Below, piece after piece: positions 8,766-16,944 of a stretch of 55,101 bases of DNA. Source of the stretch: a virus (Duplodnaviria > Caudoviricetes); IMG/VR virus record IMGVR_UViG_3300029448_000053, positions 1 to 55,101 of that record; one strand, given 5' to 3'. Within the stretch, counting starts at the first letter, position 1. Every line of letters begins with the position of its first letter. The position numbers and the translations under genes are program-made. The notes under the pieces were generated by a model that saw only the letters and a list, made by a program, of their open reading frames with translations, had not been told where the DNA came from and made no database searches.

Positions 8766-10181
8766 TCATATTCCTCCATCATCACTTGGGGCTTCGGATT
8801 CTTCGGGCGGCTTGTTTTCATTTTCACGAGGCAACTCTCCTACATTAGTATCGGAGGTCGGCGCGTTGTATCTACCTTTCCCAATACTGGCCTTTTCAGC
8901 AGGTAGACTTAATTCAAATCGAGCCTCATTTAAAGTAGTAATTCCAGACTCAAATGCCATAGTTGTTCGGCGGGTTTGCTCGAATGGCGATTCCTCATCC
9001 ATTGGTTCAAACATGACCTTTGGTAAGTCCGACTTAATATGGGCAATACCAAGCAGTTCTAAGTGCTTTGAAAAGAGAGCATTCATAGATTGAGCGAGAA
9101 TAGATTGTAGACGGCGAATTGCTTGGACCGACCATTGACTCGCATTGTATGTAGCGGCAAAAGTAGAACCACGTTCCTGTCCCATAGAAACTCTTGGGAC
9201 ATGGAGAACTGATGAGATGTCAGCATTGACTGAATCTAAAAAGCCGGAGTTATCGGGCACTGTATTCTTGAGGTCAACAAACTCCATGTTCACATAGTGA
9301 GGGAGGATAGGCACTTGGTCGGAGCGGAGGCCGTCAAGTAGACTGCCTACTGAATCCATAACATAGTTAAGGCGAGCCTCGGCTTCGTCGGGGTCATTGA
9401 TATTCTCAACTGCTTCGGGGCCAATAGTAATGTATTGTTTAGTGAGTGAGTCTTCGAGAGCAATGCGGTTATTCATACTGTTGTATTTTGCACGGATGGC
9501 TTGTTTGAGAGCGGTAAAGCGAGATGCTCCCCATACGCCATAGGTCCATCGACCCAACCGGTCTCTAAACCAGTTGGAGCGGTAATCAATACGGATGTGT
9601 AGGATTTCCTTTGCTGGGTATGATTGAGTGTCCCTCGCTTGTTCTCGCAACAAATACTTCTCCGCTTTCATAATAGCGTTTTCTTTATCGGTCTGTGTAG
9701 AGCCGGTTCGACTATCCATAATTGTTATTTGCGCGATAGGCAGGGATTGTAATTCAGTAACACCGACTCCGGTTTTACCGACATACTTTGAGATGTCGTT
9801 GCCGTAGACCATGAGGTTTCGCATACCGTTAATGAGTAGGTCATCAAAGTCAAGTGTCTCTTCTACCAATGTTTTGATAGCGTTTCGTATAGCGGCATTT
9901 TTACCGCCGATAACTTGATACTTGTTTGCTGTGAGGCTGATAGTTCGGACTGCCCCATTAAGTTCGGGGTCGTAATTTAGCATGTCGTCGTATAGGTCGA
10001 ACTCATTTGTATGGTCGAAAGAGCCTCGCAGTCCCTCGGTATTCTTTACAATTTCATCAATACCAGCGGCCATCACTGTAAAGGGACTATCCCCCTTACG
10101 ACTCGCAGTAGTATATACTGGGACTTTAGTCTGTTGCTCTGCCGAAACAGTCCGAGAAGAAAATGGATTCCACCATGCCAT
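8766..10181 (-). CDS. Portal protein
   Basis: 471 aa downstream of TerL; LMVYGN, EILHIR, ISSVLHVP, GITTLNEARFEL motifs. Confidence 0.85.
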   Translation of the reverse strand: MAWWNPFSSRTVSAEQQTKVPVYTTASRKGDSPFTVMAAGIDEIVKNTEGLRGSFDHTNEFDLYDDMLNYDPELNGAVRTISLTANKYQVIGGKNAAIRNAIKTLVEETLDFDDLLINGMRNLMVYGNDISKYVGKTGVGVTELQSLPIAQITIMDSRTGSTQTDKENAIMKAEKYLLREQARDTQSYPAKEILHIRIDYRSNWFRDRLGRWTYGVWGASRFTALKQAIRAKYNSMNNRIALEDSLTKQYITIGPEAVENINDPDEAEARLNYVMDSVGSLLDGLRSDQVPILPHYVNMEFVDLKNTVPDNSGFLDSVNADISSVLHVPRVSMGQERGSTFAATYNASQWSVQAIRRLQSILAQSMNALFSKHLELLGIAHIKSDLPKVMFEPMDEESPFEQTRRTTMAFESGITTLNEARFELSLPAEKASIGKGRYNAPTSDTNVGELPRENENKPPEESEAPSDDGGI

Positions 10182-10213
10182 GCTTTACGCACATATCATA
10201 TGTTATTTGAACA

Positions 10214-10342
10214 TCACTCATCCGACATGCTGTTTTTCTTTCTTTTTCTTTTATATATTAAGTAGCCTACTGTTAACCAAAACAGACATTCTATGATGAT
10301 AAGACCATATAGTGCAAAGAAAGGGTGGAGCATAGGACTCAT
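10214..10342 (-). CDS. Small single-TM protein, 42 aa
   Basis: MSPMLHPFFALYGLIIIECLFWLTVGYLIYKRKRKK: TM followed by a basic stop-transfer segment. Confidence 0.5.
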   Translation of the reverse strand: MSPMLHPFFALYGLIIIECLFWLTVGYLIYKRKRKKNSMSDE

Positions 10343-10373
10343 GTTTGGTATTTTTTGGTGTGAGCCTTTAACA

Positions 10374-11891
10374 TTACGCTCCAAAGCGCACATATTTTCC
10401 ACCGGAACTTCGATTCCGGCTTGGTTTCGTAGGTTTTTTGCCTTTCGACCACCCACCCATGCTTGTCGTTTTAGTTGCCATAGGCATAAAGTCGGAACGC
10501 TTTGGTTTGAATTGGTCTATTGCGTGCGCAAAAGCCATAACTGTATCGTTATGTTTGCCCACATCTATAATCTCACCATTTTTCCATACGTGGTTTTCGA
10601 GTTCGTCAAGAAGTATGCCAATTTTTTTCCGCATATCGGCGGTAGCATACGGGAAAACGATAAGTTCTCGCTCAAACCATACCCTTAACCGGTTCATTAG
10701 CCCCTGTTTAAGTCCTTTATTCGACACTTTAGATGGTCTATAATCAACCATGCCTCCTTTTTGCTCTATGATTGTTTGATACAGTCTTTGAAAACCTACA
10801 TCCTCAGCGGCCACTGCCGCCTTAAAGTGTTTAGCCCATTCGATTATAATATCAGCCTGTCTATCCGGCGCAAAATCATTACGCCTCCACATATCAACAA
10901 AGTGGACATAGCCGTCAGCATCCTGTCGCAACGATATTAAAACGGAGTAGTCTTTACCAATACCATGAGAAGGGTCGAAGCCGAGGATGAAGACGGAACT
11001 ATTGTCGAATTGACTATCGAATCCTCCGTCGGCACTTATGTCTATGTTTTTTCGGATGAGGTGCCTATTGAATACTTGGGCATCATCATCAACGACCTTA
11101 CACAGATACTCTTGAGAGAAGGCGAGGTCGTCATCCATGCTGATTTTTTGTTCCAAGAGAAAAGCGGTGGGTCGGAACTTGGGCCAAAGTGGTGTTAACT
11201 CTACTTCGGGATTAACTCGGTGCTCATCCCAATTGGGGAATGCCGACCATACACCACTTTTCCATACTTGTTTAGCCTTCTCGGATAACATCTCGGTTTG
11301 ATAAAGGTCAGTGTGGGACATTGGCGTGCCGACACAGAACAGTGATGTTTCGGGGTCGAGCATTGGAGTAACTACTTTCTTGAACCACTCTCGCACCGAG
11401 TCCATAGTCATATCCCCCATTTCAGCGAGGACATCATCAAGTGCTACTACGGCAGGGTGCTCTCCACGGATAGCGGAACCTACACCGGTTGCTTGAATCC
11501 AAGCACCGTTGGTAAATTGTATTTTTTGCTTGTTTGATTTACGTTCATTGAGATACTTTCGTAGTTCGGGGTGTCGGCGCATATCAGTCTTAATCTCCTC
11601 AAGACGGTTTGTTGCTTGGCGAATAGATGCGGAAAATAACCACACCTCCATAGGGTTGCCGTTGCGTTCTTCAAACAAACACATGTGAAGTAATTTAACA
11701 CGTAGTGTTGCTGATTTGCTGTGTGAGCGGGGAGCGATAATACAGACACGATGAACTGCCGCGCCTTTACGGTCGCCGTATAATTCCATCCATTCGCCTA
11801 TGTGGTCGGCCCATTCGTATTCGGGGGATAACCATTCATAAAAGTGGCGGATGTCATACTTGGAGCGTTGAAAGTCAAAGTTGGTTATCAT
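10374..11891 (-). CDS. terL: Terminase large subunit
   Basis: Walker A APRSHSKS, Walker B VVALDD, coupling motif VGTP, nuclease LGFDP...DYS and HNDTVMAFA. Confidence 0.93.
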   Translation of the reverse strand: MITNFDFQRSKYDIRHFYEWLSPEYEWADHIGEWMELYGDRKGAAVHRVCIIAPRSHSKSATLRVKLLHMCLFEERNGNPMEVWLFSASIRQATNRLEEIKTDMRRHPELRKYLNERKSNKQKIQFTNGAWIQATGVGSAIRGEHPAVVALDDVLAEMGDMTMDSVREWFKKVVTPMLDPETSLFCVGTPMSHTDLYQTEMLSEKAKQVWKSGVWSAFPNWDEHRVNPEVELTPLWPKFRPTAFLLEQKISMDDDLAFSQEYLCKVVDDDAQVFNRHLIRKNIDISADGGFDSQFDNSSVFILGFDPSHGIGKDYSVLISLRQDADGYVHFVDMWRRNDFAPDRQADIIIEWAKHFKAAVAAEDVGFQRLYQTIIEQKGGMVDYRPSKVSNKGLKQGLMNRLRVWFERELIVFPYATADMRKKIGILLDELENHVWKNGEIIDVGKHNDTVMAFAHAIDQFKPKRSDFMPMATKTTSMGGWSKGKKPTKPSRNRSSGGKYVRFGA

Positions 11892-12031
11892 CGAACCACC
11901 CGCATATAACCGCAGTATATCATTTTCTTGGTTTTCTTACACCATTTTTTATGACTGTTATATCGAGAAGTAGTAGTATGACCGCAGGTTTGGCACTGTC
12001 GTTCTTTCTTATGTAAAGGACTGGCTGGCAT
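11888..12031 (-). CDS. Small basic Cys-rich protein, 47 aa (MPASPLHKKERQCQTCGH...WCKK...YCGY)
   Basis: Not in the track; fills the gap and is ATGA-coupled to terL; CxxC plus two more Cys. Confidence 0.55.
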   Translation of the reverse strand: MPASPLHKKERQCQTCGHTTTSRYNSHKKWCKKTKKMIYCGYMRVVR

Positions 12032-12036
12032 AATAC

Positions 12037-13410
12037 TCACTCATGTGATACTGGGGCAAAGAGAGAGCCAATGTAGCCTTCTTTGTAATCAATTAAGTAT
12101 GCGGCGAGACCGGCTTTGCTTGTAGTATAACCTGCTCTCGCATGGTATCGGTCATGTCCCGCTAAGGATGGCATCTGTATAATGAGGCATCCGTCTTTTT
12201 CGTGCATCTGTTGATGGTGAAGGTGGCCGTGGAACCAAACCTTATGCTCGTTTGTTCCCCATAGTTCACGGGCTTCGACGGACATAATAGAACCAAGACT
12301 GCTACCTCTACTCATACTGTCTCCATGAGTAAAACCAAGTAGTGTGTTTCCGTATTCGATATAACGGCGGTTGTTGGCAGTGATGGTTATTTCAACATCA
12401 TTGATACCTTCGTATGCGGCGGATAAATACATCATTAGTGCGAGGGATGTATGGCGGTCGTGATTACCTGCCATCATTACTATTTCAACAGGAGCGACTT
12501 GTCGCAGTAGGTCAATATGCTCACGGGCTAATTTGCATCCGGTGATTAGGATTTCAGCAGGGGTAGCACACATATCCTGTGGTGTCCCACGGGTTGTTTG
12601 CCCAGCATCGTTATCTACATGGAACCAGTCGGAACCTGCACCTACATATATTTTTTCGGGCTTAGTTGAGATACGGGACACGAGTGTTTCGGTCTTTTCC
12701 ATCAGTCGCTTACGTGCCTCATCAAAGTTATAGGTTTCACCGACTTCATCGGCCCATCCATATTTGCCCCAATGAAAATCAGTAGGACATACAACGAGAG
12801 CGTATGAGTTCTTTGGCTTTGTTAATTTAATTTTGGGGACAGACTTAGGTGCTTTGGAGAGTGTTGTCATGTGGACTACATAGTCATCCATGAGTGTTCT
12901 CCAATTCTTCGAGTCCTCGGACATCCGCTTATGCTGTTCTTTGGCGAGGTCAGCCGCGAGAGTATGACGACGCGAGATAATGATTTCATCAATCAATCCG
13001 TCTTGGTTGTCAACCTCCATCAATTGTTCTCCAGTTACAGGAATTGCGGAACGAGTAATTTTATGGATGCGCTTGTATTGCTTAAAGTAGGACTCGGCAA
13101 TACCGTGAGTGTGGCACAGTTGCCCCGTAGACATACCATTGGACCAGTCCGATATAATTTGCCGGTGCTTTGCCCCCGACACGGTGAGTGCACCAGTGGA
13201 TAGATACGTGGTGTAGTTGTCGGTCTTTTCCTCGTATGTGTATGTCCCTGTCTTTGTTGGCGAGGCCACATTGTCCTGTTGTCGGATAAGTCGCATCTCC
13301 CAACCTTTGACGGAGAGGAACGGGTAATGCTCGTTTAGGAATCGAGCAAATGCGAGTCGGCTTGAGTGGTCTTTTTGGCTATGCTCGGATAGTATGGTGT
13401 CTATGTCCAT
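12037..13410 (-). CDS. Calcineurin-like metallophosphoesterase with N-terminal HTH-like region
   Basis: DFHWG, GSDWFH, GNHD, THGD, GHLH motifs; start moved to ATG 13410, ~30 nt behind the promoter-like TTCATAAGGTGGCG. Confidence 0.85.
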   Translation of the reverse strand: MDIDTILSEHSQKDHSSRLAFARFLNEHYPFLSVKGWEMRLIRQQDNVASPTKTGTYTYEEKTDNYTTYLSTGALTVSGAKHRQIISDWSNGMSTGQLCHTHGIAESYFKQYKRIHKITRSAIPVTGEQLMEVDNQDGLIDEIIISRRHTLAADLAKEQHKRMSEDSKNWRTLMDDYVVHMTTLSKAPKSVPKIKLTKPKNSYALVVCPTDFHWGKYGWADEVGETYNFDEARKRLMEKTETLVSRISTKPEKIYVGAGSDWFHVDNDAGQTTRGTPQDMCATPAEILITGCKLAREHIDLLRQVAPVEIVMMAGNHDRHTSLALMMYLSAAYEGINDVEITITANNRRYIEYGNTLLGFTHGDSMSRGSSLGSIMSVEARELWGTNEHKVWFHGHLHHQQMHEKDGCLIIQMPSLAGHDRYHARAGYTTSKAGLAAYLIDYKEGYIGSLFAPVSHE

Positions 13411-13629
13411 TAAAATGTATGGTATGGTCGCCACCTTATGAATGTTTCTAAAAAAAATTACCCAGAAAAACGTATGGTGCTGGGCTGTCCCTATATACCT
13501 TATAGGTCGTGTTTTTGGCGGCTCATCGAACAAGGCGTGGCCTCAAAGAGAGAGGGCCACCTCCACCCGTCGAAACGGGTGAAGGGGCGGCATCGGTTAA
13601 ACCGTATTACTGTATCACTGTGTTATTGA

Positions 13630-14025
13630 TTAACTACAATTACAGGTTGTCGTTTGACAGTGGCACCAACCACCATAATCCGCTTCTTCATCATCTACTT
13701 GGTGCATCGGTGGCACTGCATCATCAAGTGCTTGACGGAACTTGTCAAGTTCTTTCTGTGTATATCCTTCACTGTGTAGGTATTCCTTGTTGAGACTGAG
13801 ATACTCTCTCATCAACGCTTGAAACACTGTGGGCCACTTGACGGCAAAGTCAAGGGTGTTCTTTTGTAGTCGGTCGTATTCGGCATTGTAATAATACCTC
13901 ATATATCCTGTCTCCATGTGTTTCAACATCACCGTGAACTCAGTCCATGTGGCAGTCCATAGCATGACCTGCATAACCATTAACGACGGTATCTCGCTCA
14001 ATCTCATTTTTTTGCTGTTGTCCAT
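13630..14025 (-). CDS. Hypothetical protein with Cys-rich C-terminus
   Basis: 131 aa; GGAG SD; ends WCHCQTTTCNCS. Confidence 0.55.
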   Translation of the reverse strand: MDNSKKMRLSEIPSLMVMQVMLWTATWTEFTVMLKHMETGYMRYYYNAEYDRLQKNTLDFAVKWPTVFQALMREYLSLNKEYLHSEGYTQKELDKFRQALDDAVPPMHQVDDEEADYGGWCHCQTTTCNCS

Positions 14026-14200
14026 TTTTCATATCTCCATAGGCCGACCTCTTCTGTTTCTGTGTCGGTTATTCCGACATGGGGAGCCACTACTATATCA
14101 ATACTCACTGAATTATCACCATATTTTGCATGATTTGAGCATGATTGAGGTGAGCCACAGTATAGGCCGATAGGTGGGGGATGTTGCCCTATATTGTATG

Positions 14201-14273
14201 TATAGTCTTATCAGTCTTTACTTAGGAGGAAAATGCGTGGGAGAGAGATTCGTAGGGAGAGAGATTCTCAAAC
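14201..14273 (+). repeat. Tripartite ~72-bp element, copy A
   Basis: TATAGTCTTA-N29-GGAGAGAGATT...CAAAC. Confidence 0.6.
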
Positions 14274-14346
14274 CTACAAAACCCCAATCGAATATGCCAC
14301 CACCACCGACGGATTGAAGGGCCGTCGCCCTATCTGTGCTACCTAC

Positions 14347-14817
14347 CTATTCGACCAATTCAAGAAGGGCTGTGTAGGCTTCTACAATGTGCTTGAGTTG
14401 GGTGTTCATTGTCAAACCCATACGGCTCTTTTTGTATTCGGTTGTTTCGACTTGATACAGTGGAGTTATTTTGTAACCTGTCCGAGTTGATGCACCCATG
14501 CACTCTCCATGCTCTTTACCGCCACCGCTTCTCTTATTGGCACCGGACTTCTTGATTGGGCCGGTTGAACGGCCATGTGAACGACCACTCAATGAGGTTT
14601 GGGTTTTGGTGTATCGGTGTCCGGTTAATCGCTTCTCTCTCTTAGCCACTGTTATGCGAGTTGCGTTATGTGTTACATCACTTTCAATCGCTTCTTCAAT
14701 CTGTGCGATATATCGGCTTTGGTCGGCTTTAATTCTCTTGATTAGTTGCTTCGATGCTTGGGGCTTCGCTTCATCTATTCCGTAGTGCGTCAATAGGCGT
14801 TTTAGTTGTCGGGCCAT
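14347..14817 (-). CDS. Hypothetical basic protein
   Basis: Start MARQLK at 14817 has a GGAG SD and TTGATATA upstream; the longer track start runs through a hairpin. Confidence 0.55.
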   Translation of the reverse strand: MARQLKRLLTHYGIDEAKPQASKQLIKRIKADQSRYIAQIEEAIESDVTHNATRITVAKREKRLTGHRYTKTQTSLSGRSHGRSTGPIKKSGANKRSGGGKEHGECMGASTRTGYKITPLYQVETTEYKKSRMGLTMNTQLKHIVEAYTALLELVE

Positions 14818-14930
14818 GATTCTCCGAGGGAGTGGTAGTATATCAACGGTGGGGTGTGGCTCCCCCGCCCTCCGAAGAAGGCGAGGGGGCGGCTCATAGG
14901 CTCTCAGTGGCCCGATTGTTTGAGTGATGC

Positions 14931-15113
14931 TCACTCAAAAGAGGGTAGGTTTCCGTTCCGGTCTTGTTGTCGGTCAAGGTAGACCTGCAACACATCGTCA
15001 AAGAGAGAGGGGCGTTCCATCATGGACATATCCCTTACCCGTGTGTCTTCCAACAAGCAAATAATGTTCCTCAACCTGCGTATTTCATTCATCAGTTCTT
15101 CGTTTGTTTTCAT
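14931..15113 (-). CDS. Hypothetical small protein (MKTNEELMNE...)
   Basis: GGAGG SD; TTTATATAT box near 15200-15208 on the minus strand. Confidence 0.55.
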   Translation of the reverse strand: MKTNEELMNEIRRLRNIICLLEDTRVRDMSMMERPSLFDDVLQVYLDRQQDRNGNLPSFE

Positions 15114-15347
15114 GTTTTTTCCTCCATTGTTTTTACGGTTCGCCTGTTTTCTGTTCTTGTCCACTGACTTTCCCGTATGTGCATACTAACACCTATATCA
15201 TATATAAACGGTTCCCGAATAATGCTCATACCTATTGTTGAGTGGATGGGGGGTTGCCCCACGCACGGCCCCGCCGCCGGTATAAGACTGTTAATAGAAA
15301 ACGCGCTTGGGGAGAGATACTCGGCGTTTAGCCTCTGTAATATACTA

Positions 15348-15420
15348 TATAGTCTTAGGAAGGAACCGTGAACGGGAGGGGGCTTGGGAGAGAGATTTTG
15401 ACTTCTCCAAAAGTCCAAAC
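15348..15420 (+). repeat. Tripartite ~72-bp element, copy B
   Basis: TATAGTCTTA-N29-GGAGAGAGATTTT...AAAAGTCCAAAC. Confidence 0.7.
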
Positions 15421-15784
15421 TTTTCATGCTGTCGGCTCATGGTCTGTCGAATGTGTCCGAGGTTATGAACCCTTTGTTTTCTTGCTTTTTTGGCTGGAAT
15501 TGAACTTTTTTCTGTTTTTTTTTCTGTCTGTTTTTTTCTGTTTTTCTTTCGGTCTTGAATCGTTGCCCCTGATGTCCTAAACGGGGCACTGCGAGACCGG
15601 TGGCCCCTCCGCTCTCAAATGTGCCTTTTTTGGGCTGTTTTGGGCTTTGTCCGGCCAATGACAGGCCGACGATTTAGGGCACCCTAAATCTCTTTTTTTG
15701 TCTTCTATTCGATGGACTGCGAGCCTGTTTTTTGCAGAATGCCACTTGGATAAGTTGATATACTTGAGCGGGAATCGGTAATTG

Positions 15785-16925
15785 CTTCTCCAACCGGAGG
15801 GAGCCGAAGTGAATAATTTGCCCCACACTCATTCCCGATAGTTTAGGGATTCAATGAACGGGGAGTTTCGGAGGGTCATTAAAGTGGCCGTCGAAGAACC
15901 AAGAACAATACAGCGAACACATCATGTTCCCTTCAAAAACTGAAAACATCCAGAAAAAGGAGGGATTGCGTAGCCGTGCACTGCCTCTCTTGAGAGGTGG
16001 GGTAACGGACTCTTGAAGCCGGCTTTTGAGACACCCTCTCAAATATATTCAACGGCATGGGCGTGAGTCATAGGACAAACACGAACATTTGATAGACGGG
16101 TCGGGAACACCTTGACCCTCATGGGAGTTGCCTTCGACAGAAGAGGCACTGAAAGCATGAATTAGTGGATGGTTGAGAAGCATCACTTCTCGACAGGGGC
16201 GACCCGACTCCATCCAATAATCACCGCTTACAACTCTATGACAGTGGACTTAAAACCCCACTTGAGAGCATATATGACAAACAAGACCGCAATGAACTTA
16301 TGGGAACATATATCCGAAAGGAGGCTGTTTAAAGGTGTGCGCATCAGATTCGGGTGTTTCCCGACTGATGACACTATTTAGTAGCGAATTATTGAATTAC
16401 CGATGTAACCGGCGACGGGTGCATCAAACCATTAGATTTTGAGTCTCCACAGGCGGAGGTTCGCATATACCCACCGTGGTTATGCCTTACAGGAACTTTA
16501 TTTTTCAAGACGGCGTGGCTATGCGGTAGCAATACCGGCGGAGTGTCTATGATGCGAGGGAGGCGTGAACTTTTTTGAATAGGTGAGTCGGTCCGGTTGT
16601 ATAGCCGGCTCACTGAATTATCACGGCTCGGATTCATGCTCCAACATACACTACAATACACGGACATGATGAAAGGCAATCCTCCCGAATAATCTTCTAA
16701 TCCTGTGAAAAACGGCGCTTGAGGTGCTCCGCCAATGACGGCCCCAATCACAGTCCTCGCCCACATACGGGCAGAGCGTGGGATTATCTACGGCCTAAAC
16801 CGGACCACGCAGTATGAAAATGGAGCGGAGACTCTACCGCTACCGAACTCTCTCCCTCAAAGAAAGAGAGTGCTTGAAAGAGAGCAAAGAAAAGAGAGGC
16901 GCGACTTGTAGGCAAAGAGTCAAAA
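15785..16925 (+). ncRNA. Candidate large structured non-coding RNA (~1.1 kb), family unassigned
   Basis: No credible ORF; TTGATATA box at 15755-15762; many local hairpins with G-U pairs and GNRA loops plus nested long-range helices; ends approximate. Confidence 0.65.
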
Positions 16926-16944
16926 AAAACGGAGGAAAAAACAA

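Noticed and set aside
15110-15828. Track ORFs over the T-rich block
   Set aside because: Low-complexity Phe- or Lys-rich translations of T/A tracts that overlap the repeat element and promoters
15785-16925. Short ORFs in this region (15851-16042, 16169-16381, 16389-16766) and identity as group II intron, RNase P RNA or rRNA
   Set aside because: The ORFs lack SDs and protein-like features; I could not find domain V, P4 or universal rRNA signatures by eye
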